Below are positions 38,440-50,383 of a stretch of 64,000 nt of DNA, in pieces. The stretch lies in contig NC_082713.1 in assembly GCF_030144855.1 (NCBI RefSeq), positions 21,576,001 through 21,640,000 of the forward strand, read 5' to 3'. Below the pieces are notes generated by a model. That model was not told where the DNA came from. It did not search any database and saw only the letters and a program-made list of their open reading frames with translations. The first letter of the stretch is position 1. The number at the start of each line of letters is the position of its first letter. The DNA is from Hypanus sabinus. Taxonomy: Eukaryota. A program made the position numbers and the translations under genes.

Positions 38440-39480
38440 CAAATATGAGTGTCCTATTCCAAGGTTGAGCTGACATTTTAGTGCAGTATTATTTATCTGT
38501 TTGCTGTATACTGTAACCTAGAGTAACTTTCTGTCTTGCACTGTAGTGCTGCCTCAGAACAACAGATTTTATGACATGCAGTGTATCAGTGATAGTAACC
38601 TTGATTACCATTTTGATTCTGATTCATTGTACTGCACTGACAGGCACTGTTTGGATGAAACCTTGAATTACTCATAATTCTCAGAAGAGTACATATAAAG
38701 CAGAGGTTGATAGGCTGACGATTAGTAGGGGTGTCAGAGGTGATGGTCAGAAGGTAGGAGAATGAGGTTGAGAAGGAAAATAAATAGACCCTAAAGCCAT
38801 AGATTTAGGAATTAGGCCATTTGGCCCATCAAGTCTCTTCCACCATTTCATCATGGCAGATCCAATTTTCCTCTCAGCCCCAATCTCCTACCTTCTCCCC
38901 ATATCCCTTCATGTCCTGACCAATTAAGAATCTATTAACCTCTGCCCTAAATATACATAAGGACTTGGCCTCCACAGCTGCCTATAGCAAAGAATTCCAC
39001 AGATTCACCACTCTCCGACTAAAGAAATGCTTCCTCATCTCTGTCCTAAAAGGACGTTCCTCTCTTCTGAGGCTGATCCTCTCCACATCCACTCTGTCAA
39101 GGCCTTTCACCATTCAATAGGTTTCAATGAGGTCACCCTTCATTCTTCTGAATTCCAGTGAATACAGGCCCAGAGCCATCTGCCATGATCAAATGGCAGT
39201 GCAGACAATGGCCAAATCGTCTAATTCTACTTTTATGTCTTAATTTCTTATGATTTAAAAGATCTTGCAGAAAAATTTCAACACCTTTGCCTAGTCTGAG
39301 TGACAAAAATGATCCACATTACTAAAATTGTTTTTATTCCAAAACAGTTTGCTAGAACTTATGGTTAACAAATTGGTGACTGTATTTCCTACATTGTAAT
39401 AGTGACTCTATGTCATAAACATTTTGCTGGTTATAATGTGCTCCTAATGAATGATGCTGAATTAAAATAGTATCTTCCCA
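38440..39480 (+). mobile_element. DeuSINE (SacSINE1-like) remnant fragmented by Rex-tail and CR1 insertions
   Basis: Pieces GCTGACATTTTAGTGCAGTA (~38470), CTGCACTGA...TTGGATGAAAC (~38630) and AAATTGGTGACTGTATTTCCTACATT (~39370); CR1 ends at ~38690-39250. Confidence 0.5.
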
Positions 39481-41729
39481 TACTTCATTGTGGAATTTTT
39501 AACTGTTAACATGTTGGAATAGTTTGGCTTAAATCCAAGAGAGAATCATAAAGCAACACCAACTAGAGGCAAACAAGAGTGTTTTTAATGTAGGAGGACA
39601 TGTCAGAATGTCTCATAGAGGTGGGAGGGGAGAGGCAGGTCACGCCATGTGTGATATTATTATAACCTTTTTCAATAACAGTGATGATGGGGGAGTGGTT
39701 GCTCAGGCTAAAGGGAGGTGCTGAATTGGGAAAAGCTCAGCTGATGATTCTGTGCTTGAAGAGTTGAAGAGACAAGGGATGTTGGTAAGAAGCAAAAATG
39801 TTTCGGGAGCAGAGCTGTTGAAGGGTGGTTTCTATGTGGAGTTAGTGTGCCCGACAATTTTGATGGGAAGGGAAAGCTCAATACACTGTTGTAAAAACTG
39901 TATTATTTAATAAATGTAAAATGGTAATTTACTGTAGAATAATATTATATCAGCGCTGTACTGCTGCTGCAAGATGACAAATTTCATGTCATAGATCAGC
40001 GATAATAAACCTGGTTCTGATGTGAAAGTATCAGCTGCTCTAGGAGAAATTGCAAAATTAAAATCCAAGTCAAGGGAGAGTTTATTGTCAGATACACAAG
40101 AACATGTAGGTGCAATGAAAAACTTATTTGCAGCAACATCACCAGCGCATGGCATTAGAGACACGGCATTCACAAGAAGAGCAAATTAAACAGAAATTAT
40201 ACAAAATTTGTATAAAAATATTAATTGCAGTGCAGATTTAGAACTTAAAGATGAGGTTTATTTATAAAGATTAGTTTTTATTTTTCACATGTACATTGAA
40301 ACATAGAAACATACAGTGAAATGTGCTATTTGTGTCAACGATCAACACAATCTGAAGGTGTTTTGGTGGCAGCCTGCAAGTATCATAAACATCACATCTT
40401 TCCCCTTCCTTTCTAGTATTGATGAAGGGCCTTGGCCTGAAATGTTGACTGTTTATTCATTTCAATATGAGCTCCTCCAGTGTTTTTAGCCTGCAAGTAT
40501 TACTATGCTCCTGGCCCTAATGTAGTATACTCACAACTTGCTACAATACATCTTTGGGAGGAAAGCAGAGCACCTGAAGTAAACCCTTGTGGTCACAGGG
40601 AGAACATATACGCGGACGTTCAACCCCAACTACTAGTGGCGTAAAAGGTTATGCTATCTGCTACATTACTGTGCTGGCCCTGAATGGCTGAAAGGAAGAA
40701 GCTGTTCATGTAGCTGATGTATAGGACTTTAGATGAGATGTGGTTTGTAGGTCATGTCATGATGAGCTTCTGCGTTCTGGTTACTCCTTGTTTAATTGGT
40801 ATTTTGTGTGATTTTGATTGGGGTGAACTAGCTCTGGGGCTTACGGTCAACAAATGACACAGGGCCAAATTAAACCGTACTGAACTAAACTGAACATTCC
40901 TAAACTGTTTCAAGGACTCTGTGGTTTAATATTTAATATTCTGTGTGTTATTCACTCATTTTTTGACATTTGTGTGATTTGTTCCCTTTTTTGTGTGTGG
41001 GGTGCTTGTTTATTTTTCTTTGAATGGGTTCCATAGTGTTTCATTGTTCTGTGGGTCTCTGTGGGAGGATGAACCTCAGGGTTGTAATCCACATACATAC
41101 TTTGATAATAAATGTACTTTCAATCTTTGCAAAGGGCATGAGCTGAATTTTAGTGCTATATGTGTGTGAAAAGAAGGGAAATACCGAAAGGAAGAAATTA
41201 GAGAGAAGGAGAGAAAAGTGGGAGGGAGAAAGAAATGTGCTGTTATCTAACTTTGAGAGAATATCTGTTGCCCTGCTCTCTCCTCATACCTCAGTATTTG
41301 TTTTATTATGCTATCTGATTATCCTATGATCAAATCATTGGGATGTGGAAGAAAACCAAAACAACCAGGGAAATGCATGTGCACCAGGCTCTCACAACCA
41401 GACTATGTAACAGTTTCTTCCCCCAAGCTATCAGACTCCTCAATACCCAGAGACTGGACTGACACCAACTTACTGCCCTCTACTGTGCCTATTGTCTTGT
41501 TTATTATTTATTGTAATGGCTGCACTGTTTTGTGCACTTTATGCAGTCCAGGGTGAGTCTATAGTCTAGTACAGTTTTTTTTCTGTGTTGTTTTCAGGTA
41601 GTTCAGTCTAGTTTTTGTACTGTGTTGTGTAGCACCATGGTCCTGAAAAACATTGTCTCTTTTTACTGTGTACTGTACCAGCAGTTATGGTTGAAATGAC
41701 AATATAAGGTGACTTGTCTTGACTTGAGA

Positions 41730-42722
41730 GAACGGGAAGGAGGAAGGGTCCCGGGGGAGGCATGAAGAGATAAGGGGTCAGAATGGGGAATAGAAGAAGA
41801 GGTCAGAGGGAGGGATTTTTTTTTTACCAGAATGAGAAATTGATATTCATGCCATCAGTTTGGAGGCTACCCCTACAGAGCATAAAATATTGCTCCCCCA
41901 ACCAGAGGGTGGCCTCATTGTGGTACAAGAGGAGGCCATAGACCGACATATCAGAATGGGAAGAAAAATTGGAATTAAAATGTCTAGCTACCGAGAAGTT
42001 CCACATTTGACAGGTGGAGTGGAGGAGCTCGATGAAGTGATCCCCCAATTTACGACAGACCTCACTAATGCAGAAGAGGCCATATCAGGAGCATCAGACA
42101 CAATAGACGACCCCAGCAAGCTCGCAGGTGAAGTGTTGCCTCACCTGGAAGGACTGATTGGGGCTCTGAATGGAGTTGAGGGAGTAGGCGAATGGGCAGG
42201 AGTAGCATTTTGGCCGCTTGCAGGGGTAAGTGCTGGGAAGATGATTAGTGGGGAGGGACGAATAGACAAGAGAATCACAGAGGGTGCAATTGCTGCAGAA
42301 AGTGAAGAGAGGACAGAGGTAAAGATATGTTTAGTGGTAGGATCCCTTTGGAGATGATGGAAGTTATGGAGAATGAGGTGTTGGATGTGGAGGGTCATAG
42401 GGTGGTAGGTAAGGACAACAAGAACCCTTTCACTGTAAGGTGGTGTGAAGGTGGGGTGAGTGCCGTTGTTTGGGAAATGGGGGGGATGAGGGTAAGGGCA
42501 GCATAATTATGGAGAAAGGGGAACAACGTTCTTCGAAGAAGGAGGACATCTCTGTTATTTTGGAAAGGAAAGCCACATCCCAGGAACAGATGCTGGGGAG
42601 ATGAATAAACTGAGAAAAGGGAATATCATTTTTACAGGAACGAGGGTGGGAAGAAGTATAGTCTAAGTAACCACATGAACTGTTTGGTTTATAAAAGATG
42701 TCAGTCAACAGTTTGTCTCTGG
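41730..42722 (-). mobile_element. Penelope-like element fragment (RT C-terminus and GIY-YIG)
   Basis: TDIFYKP...YLDYTSSHPRSCKNDIPFSQF...; LQRDPTTKHIF; EQYFMLCRGSLQTDGMNINF. Confidence 0.85.
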
Positions 42723-42769
42723 AGGTGCATATAAAAGATAAAAGATGAGGAAGCTTACAGAAGTGAGAT

Positions 42770-43475
42770 AGAATTTAGTGCTGAGTGTTAATGCTACAGT
42801 ATCCTTGCATTCAACATTAACAAGACCAAGGAACTGATAGTGGATTTCAGGAAGGGGTAATAGGAGAACCCACACCAGGGATCAGCGGTGGAAAAGGTGA
42901 GCAGCTTCAAGCTCTTTTTCCCAACATCTCAGAGGACCTATCTTGTGCCCAAAGCATTATACAATCATGAAGAAGGCCAGTGGCTCTGCTTTGGAAGGAG
43001 TTTTGAAGTTTGAAAAGCCACCAAAGACTGACAGGTTTCCCTTGACTATGGTGGAGAACCTTCAGACTGGCTGCATCACAGCCTAGCATGGAGGCTCCAA
43101 CGTATAGTATTGCAAGAGGGTACAGAGGGTTGTAGGCTTTACCAGCTCCCACTACAGGTGCAATCATCCCCACGATCAAGTGCATCTTTGGGGCTCCATT
43201 ATGGACACAATTGTCCTCACCATCCAGGACAATCCCTCTTCTCATTACTACCAACAAATTAGAGGTACAGGAGCCTGAAGACCCACTCTCAGTGATTCAG
43301 ATGCAGCTTCCTTTGCTCTCCTTTGGAAAGATCTATGAACACTGCCTCAGAACTCCTTTGTTTTGCTTTATTTAGTTAGTTTAATAATGCATTGATTTTT
43401 ATATTTCGCTTTGTACTGATGCCACAAAACAATAGATTTCATGTCACACATCAGTGGAAATAAATCTGATCCTTC
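42770..43475 (+). mobile_element. Rex1/Babar-type LINE 3' fragment
   Basis: LNINKTKELIVDFRK-like start; GCITA; tail AAATCTGAT. Confidence 0.7.
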
Positions 43476-45449
43476 GTAATAGGAGTATTGGAAACATGAT
43501 GGACATGTGAAAGAGAAATGGAAATAAGCGAGAGAACGGAAATGATGGGATGCTTCTGAGAACTGGTTGAATGCCCTACTTCTATACCATAAGATTATTA
43601 TAACATTAATCATGGTTTCAACCGCCTTGAGGTCAATTCACCAGGATCTGAATTACTTTACAATAATCCTCTGCTGAAACTCTATATTGCTTAAGCACTT
43701 TGCTTTACAGTTCTATATCTTGTTGTATTATCTTCCACTGTATAGATATAACCTTGCTTGTTATCTCCACTAAACTAAATATATGAATTTACATAATGAG
43801 TTCTTGTTCATCAGAAAGGGGAATCACAACAGTCTTTATTCTGCCTTGACCTCACTTACACCATTTTCTCAAAGAGTTGATCCAGCACAGAAACTGTAAG
43901 CAATGGTTCTATTCTCCAGTGTCTGGTCAGTTGTAGGGAAACCATTAGTCAATACAGCCCTGAGCAGCTATTCCAAACAGAACCAAGATCGTCTCTGTAA
44001 TTTTCTTATTGCATATCGATCTGTACCAGACATAGTCGATCATTAACTCAGTTTCAAGCATTAAAAGTCAATCTATTTTTCAGACAATACTTAATAGCAG
44101 TTTGAGGTAGGGTTTCCAGTGTTCTTAAACTGCCTTGGAGTCTCCCAAAATGACGTTGAATTTCTCAGTCACTACAGGGAGTACCTGAAATACAGTTACA
44201 CCTGTGTAGACATATCTTTCTCTGCCTTTTCAGGAACGGTATAAAGAGTACAGATGCAGCAAGTCCTGGGTGGAAGTTTAGAGATAAAGTCAATTACATT
44301 GCAGCTCAAGCTGGGAGCCCTAGCTTGCTTAGTCCACGCTCAATAAATAGGAGGATAGTCACTAATGAAACTTCATTACCTGGTTTTCACAAATTAAATC
44401 ATTGAAATATACGAGGGGTGATTGATAAGTTTGTGGCCTAAGGTAGAAGGAGTCACTTTTAGAAAACCTAGCACAGGGGTCAGCAACCTTTACCACTGAA
44501 AGAGCCACTTGGACCCGTTTCCCACAGAAAAGAAAACACTGGGAGCCGCAAAACCCGTTTGACATTTAAAATGAAATAACACTGCATACAACGTTTTGTT
44601 TTGTCTTTATGCTATGTATAAACAAACTATAATGTGTTGCATTTATGAAATTGATGAACTCCTGCAGAGAAAACAAAATTACATTTCTGCATGCAACAAA
44701 AACATTTTGAACTCCGAAAAAAAGACGTTGGGTTGAAGGTTACTTTTAAGTAAAATACTCAACGTCTATTTGAGTCCTTCTTGTATTTATGTAAAACGCC
44801 AAACTTAAATTTGCCGCCAGCAGCAAACCAAAAATAACGTCAGCCAGCTGTCAACCTGAAAAATAAAAGGACTATTTCACTGAACAATGAAAACATATGA
44901 ATATTCGTAAAATAATACGCAATTAAAATATTTATCATACTTGTTCAGGTTGACTCACGCCTGACAATGCAGTCGTATTCAGTAGGGATGGATTGATGCT
45001 TAGGGGAGTGACCGGGAAGGATAATGTGTTTTTTTCCTCTCTGAACTCACAGAAGCGTTTCCCAAACGATGTTTGCATTGCGATGATTGCAGAATGTAAA
45101 TACTCCGAATTTATCATGTCGTGACATTGTTTGAACTCTCTCAAATTGGGGAAGTGAGACAATGTGCCTTTCTGTAAATCTCTGGCAAGCAACGTCAACT
45201 TGCGCTCGAATGCCAAAACATCCTCCAACATGTGCAGGGCTGTACGTCCTTACCCCGTTGAAGAGCTGTGTTCAGCGTGTTCAGGTGCGCTGTCATGTCT
45301 ACCATGAAGTGTAGCTTTTCCAGCCACTCTGGCTGTTCCAGCTCAGGAAAGCTGAGCCCTTTGCTGCCCAGGGAAGTTTTCACTTCTTCCAGACGCGCGA
45401 CAAAGCGTTTCAGCACCTCCCCTCTGGACAGCCAGCGATAAAAACACGT

Positions 45450-45663
45450 TGTAGCGGTTGCTACACGCAGTCAGTAAACTACAGTCAAAGATAGCTTTAT
45501 TCGAACTAAACAGCCTTGCTTTTAAGCCTCCCTCAACCCGCCCCCCATGGGCGTGGATGCTGCAAAAGACACGTACTCACAAACCCCCGTAGGCTATCTC
45601 CCTTAGCCTGAACGCTGGCTAATTGTGAGCCGGTTCAGATGTGTCAGGAAATGGGTCGCCACA
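45450..45663 (-). mobile_element. Solo LTR 1 (214 bp, Gypsy-like)
   Basis: TGTAGCG...CGCCACA termini; 4-bp TSD ACGT; minus-strand AATAAA. Confidence 0.8.
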
Positions 45664-45768
45664 ACGTCTTATTTAGATTGTACAAGATCACCATAATCTT
45701 CAAATTTAGATTTACATTTCAAAAACTAACAAACTAACATAAAATACATTTTAATTAAATACTGACCA

Positions 45769-45987
45769 TGTAGCGGTGTGCTACACGCAGCGCTAAAATT
45801 ACGACACAGAGTCGGTAACTGCAGTCGAAGGAAAAAACTTTATTCGAAATCTTCAGCCTCACTTTTAAGCCTCCCTCAACCTGCCCCCCCCCAATGGCGC
45901 AGAGGCTCCAAAGCTCTGTGCTCGCAAACCCCCGTAGGCTATCTTATTGTGAGTCGGTTCGGATGTGCCAGGAAAAGGGTCGCCACA
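45769..45987 (-). mobile_element. Solo LTR 2 (219 bp, related to LTR 1)
   Basis: TGTAGCG...CGCCACA termini; 4-bp TSD ACCA; shares CTTTATTCGAA, CTTTTAAGCCTCCCTCAACC and AAACCCCCGTAGGCTATCT with LTR 1. Confidence 0.8.
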
Positions 45988-47987
45988 ACCAATTATTTCC
46001 CAAAGCAACAGGGAGCCGCAGCACAGACGTAAAAGAGCCACATGTGGCTCCGGAGCCGCGGGTTGCCGACCCCCGACCTAGCACATTTATTTTTCAACAT
46101 AGTCCCCACCTGCATTTACACACTTAGTCCAGTGGTCGTGGTGCATACAGATCCCTTCTTTGTAGAAGTCGGCATCTTGGACCCACAGAAGCGTTCCACA
46201 GCAGGGGTGATTGATAAGTTTGTGTCCTAAGGTGGAAGGAGGTGTGTTATACAGCTCTCGTTACATGCACATGCAATTCAACTCTGAATGATTATGCAAA
46301 AAGTTTGAAGTTAATAACTCATCTCCTTCTACCTTAGGCCACAAACTTATCAATCACCCCTGTTGTGGACCACTTCTGGAGGTCCAAGATTCCGAGTTCT
46401 ACAAAGAAGGAATCTGTATGTTTCGTGACTGCTGGACTAAGTGTGTAAATGTAGGCAAAACAAATGTGCGAGGTTTTCTAAAATTGACTCCTTTTACCTT
46501 AGGCCATGAACTTATCAATCACCCCTCGTAATCACATTTGAGGCATGATCATTTTGAGAAACCTACTATTCCAGGATAGAATAGCTAAATTAAGAATTTA
46601 AGCTCCCACATGGAAAGAGTTAATTAAAAGTGCAGGCAAAATAACTTTGGAACTCTATTGCAAAAATAGGATAATGGCATATTGTAGGAACGTCATGACA
46701 GATTTCCTGCCATATCCCTATGGCTTGCTCTTACTTTCCAGCCTACGTCTGCTCCCAGCACTCTCCAATCCTCTCTCTCATTTTTTCCTAACACATTCTC
46801 TCTCACGCACCCATCAGCTTCAGTCTAATTTTCCAAACCATGCACCCATAATTAGGAACAATTTAAAATATCCAACTGATCTGCCAACAAGTATGGCTTA
46901 AGGGGAGGGGTGGGGAATTTGAAGCAATTGGGACTTTTTTTCTGCAGGGGAGTGGTAGAGGATTTTGGGGGTTTGCAGATTTAGTTTCCTCTTCTTTTTC
47001 ATGCTGGGGGGGTAGTTGGTATCTTTTATTTCAACAATTCCCATGGTCTTTTTTGTATTTCTAGAGTAGATAAATATCACAGTTGTATTGTACATGCATA
47101 CTTTGACAATAAAATGTACCTTTTCAACCTTTGATGTGGGAAAAAACTTGGGCAACAGAGGGAAGCAGGAACAGTCACAGGAAGAATATACCAACTCTAC
47201 ACAGACAGCTCCCAAAGCCACTGGAACCCGGAGGCATCAGTGCTACCTGCTGAATCAACCAGCTGGCAGGCTGATTGGTGCTTGTAAGTTATCTCTGAGG
47301 TACGAGTTCTGGTTTTGTTCTCTAACTGCAGATGCTGAGGGGAGACTTAATAGAAACCTACACGGTTATATGAGACAAAGAGTAGAAAGCTGACATTTTT
47401 TTTCCCTATTTTGGAAAGAGTGCAAGAGGGCATGAATTTAAGTTGTGAGCAGAATAATTCCAAGGGGATGTGTGGGGCAAATATTTTTCACATAGAGGGT
47501 ACAGCCAGAGAAGGTAGCGGAGGCAGATCTGATGGAAAAACTTAAGTGTACCTTGAAGCTGGGTGAAATTAGAACTAGTAGTCAAAGGTTAAGGTTGAAA
47601 TGTAAAATGTTTAAGGCGAAACTGAGAGTGATATTCTTCGCTTGGAGGGTGGTGGATGCAGGTTTGAGTTTAATATTTATGACAAGTTTGGATAAAGACA
47701 TAGATGGGACAGGAATGGGCTCTGCAGCTTGCTGATGGAGCTTTGAGCATCTAGGTTTCTTGAATACCCGTATTTACTAATTGTTAGAGCCTTTAAGCTC
47801 AGCTACTTTCTGTTTGGTCTTGTCAAGCTGATTGTGACTGGCAGGTGATTATTTAAAGGAGACTCACATTGTGCTCTGTAAGTGAGGTCCTCCTGTGAGT
47901 TGGAGATTAATCTGTCTCCGGGTGTCACTCGACCATGCCTTCAATGCTCTGTTGGCATTCCTATGTCTCTTCATGGGGAGCGCGCCA

Positions 47988-48727
47988 TTCCTCCGTTCCT
48001 GGGTCGAGTCGGCGCCAGCGACCACCGTGACAGAGAGAGACTGCCGTTCCTCCGTTCCTGGGTCGAGTCGGCGCCAGCGACCACCGTGACAGAGAGAGAC
48101 TGCCGTTCCTCCGCTCCTGGGTCGAGTCGGCGCCAGCGACCACCGTGACAGAGAGAGACTGCCGTTCCTCCGCTCCTGGGTCGAGTCGGCGCCAGCGACC
48201 ACCGTGACAGAGAGAGACTGCCGTTCCTCCGCTCCTGGGTCGAGTCGGCGCCAGCGACCACCGTGACAGAGAGAGACTGCCGTTCCTCCGCTCCTGGGTC
48301 GAGTCGGCGCCAGCGACCACCGTGACAGAGAGAGACTGCCGTTCCTCCGCTCCTGGGTCGAGTCGGCGCCAGCGACCACCGTGACAGAGAGAGACTGCCG
48401 TTCCTCCGCTCCTGGGTCGAGTCGGCGCCAGCGACCACCGTGACAGAGAGAGACTGCCGTTCCTCCGCTCCTGGGTCGAGTCGGCGCCAGCGACCACCGT
48501 GACAGAGAGAGACTGCCGTTCCTCCGCTCCTGGGTCGAGTCGGCGCCAGCGACCACCGTGACAGAGAGAGACTGCCGTTCCTCCGCTCCTGGGTCGAGTC
48601 GGCGCCAGCGACCACCGTGACAGAGAGAGACTGCCGTTCCTCCGCTCCTGGGTCGAGTCGGCGCCAGCGACCACCGTGACAGAGAGAGACTGCCGTTCCT
48701 CCGCTCCTGGGTCGAGTCGGCGCCAGC
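47988..48727. repeat. 59-bp GC/CpG-rich minisatellite, ~12.5 near-identical copies
   Basis: Unit TCCTCCGCTCCTGGGTCGAGTCGGCGCCAGCGACCACCGTGACAGAGAGAGACTGCCGT; the first two copies carry one C>T variant. Confidence 0.97.
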
Positions 48728-49686
48728 ACTTACCAAGATTGAGGCCGTCATCTGCTGCACCTGGGTTGAGCCAGTGCTGGCAACCTCTGTGACTGAGCGA
48801 TTCTGCTGTTCCTCCACACTTGGGTCCCAATCCTGTGAGTGGGCTCTACCACAGGGAAGGGTATGGCAGGTTGTGGTCCGGGTGTGGGTCAATGGGACAG
48901 GGCAGAATAACAGACTAGATGGGCTGAAGGGCCAGTTTCTATACTGCAGTGCACTTTCACTTGATGACTCTACTACATGGATATGCAGAAAATGGAGAGA
49001 TATGGACCATGTGCAGAGAAAAGAGGTTAGCGGTAATTAGCTTAATTAGTTCTGCGTAACACTGAAGGGCCTGCTTGTGTTCCGTACTTTTCCATGTTGT
49101 ATGTTTTACATTCTAGTACATGTTGACACAGATCAGACTCTGAGTAACGACAGACAGAGTATAAAGTCTAAACGAGGGGCCAAAATTGATGCAATTATAT
49201 CATATGATGAAACCTGGTGGAATCGGTTCAAACTAAGGTTGCAACTTTAGTTTGAGGAGTAGGGACAGATAGCTGATGTGGGAGGGACCAAGTGAGTGGA
49301 GCAAGTAATTATAAGGTGAGCTGGTGAAAATGAAAGGGCTCTATTATTTTCTGGATCATTAGGGAAACAATTTTAGATGGCATTTTGATAAAACCTGGGT
49401 GTCATGGGAACATTGCAGAACAGCACTCAGTGACATTAACAAAGGTCAGACAGGAGTGCTGAAGCTGCCGGCTACACTGTAACATATCTGCTGTTTAAAT
49501 AGTGCCCTGGCTGGGCAGGGCATTGATCAGAAATCTCCTGGACGCTGCTCCCCATCGTCTTCCAATGGTGTACGGCAGAAACTACCCTTGTGTGCCTCAA
49601 ATTTTCACTCTGATGGAGAGAGGGCAGAGCTAATGGAATCCCAATTTTTAGAATCCATCTTCATTGCTGGCACAAAGTCTGGTAAC

Positions 49687-49793
49687 ATAGGACATAGAAC
49701 AGTCCAGCTTAGGATAGGACATAGAACAGTCCAGCTTAGGATAGGACATAGAACAGTCCAGCTTAGGATAGGACATAGAACAGTCCAGCATAG
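49687..49793. repeat. 27-bp tandem repeat (~4 copies) at a CR1 tail
   Basis: Unit ATAGGACATAGAACAGTCCAGCTTAGG, followed by reverse-complement CR1 tail GGCCCTTTGGCCCACAATGT. Confidence 0.9.
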
Positions 49794-50383
49794 GAGCAGG
49801 CCCTTTGGCCCACAATGTGTTGCTGAACCAATTAAATTTGTACTCAAGTGTAAGGTTTTACATTGAGTAATATTCATCCAGCACTGAGGATTCATCTGTT
49901 TTGTGACTGCCTGTAAGGAAATGAATCACAAGGCTGAATAATGTATACATTACTTTGAAAATAAAGTATTTGAACTTTGATTGCAGAACTATGAAATCAG
50001 GCCGATGTCTACAAATGGGCTGGGAAATGCAGGAACATAAATGAGGCAGACATTTAATCCTTGAGCTCTTGGCCTCCCAACCCCCCTCATTCTGGCCCTT
50101 GCACCCATTTTGTCTTCCTGCTCCACACATCCTCCGTACCTGCAACACTATATTGTACTCTGTTTTCTTTCTGCAACCTCGATGTAAATATGTATGACAT
50201 GATCTGTCCAGATGGCGTGCAGAACAGAAGTTTTTTTCTCAGAGTCTCAGTTCACGTGACAGTAATGAACTAAAACCAACACCTGCTCCACCATTCAGTG
50301 CCATCATGGCTGCTTATTCATTTCAGTAGTTCATTCCTGCTTTTTCCCCATGTCCTTTGGTTTCTCTGGGATTCAGGAATATA

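Larger units (their letters stand above)
44474..46075 (-). mobile_element. hAT (Charlie/Buster/SPIN-like) internally deleted transposon
   Basis: Perfect 8-bp TSD ACCTAGCA (44466-73 / 46076-83); TIR CAGGGGTCAGCAACC; transposase remnant RWLSRG.VLKRF...LHFMVDMTAHLNTLNTALQ...AFERKL...LSHFPNL at ~44935-45437. Confidence 0.92.
44412..46528. mobile_element. Palindromic mariner MITE (~500 bp once the hAT insert is removed)
   Basis: TA TSD; TIR CGAGGGGTGATTGATAAGTT; long inverted arms carrying a mariner C-terminal remnant (FYKEGI...WTKCVNV); second internal TIR pair at ~46203-46361. Confidence 0.9.

Noticed and set aside
41860-42357. 165-aa + strand ORF
   Set aside because: Antisense shadow of the Penelope coding remnant.
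44214-44350. Strong-looking acceptor (TCTCTGCCTTTTCAG) followed by AATAAA
   Set aside because: No recognisable peptide and no partner exons; compatible with chance or an old TE.
47864-48892. Long ORFs (342, 289 and 252 aa)
   Set aside because: They arise from a stop-free 59-bp repeat read through rotating frames; no domain is recognisable.
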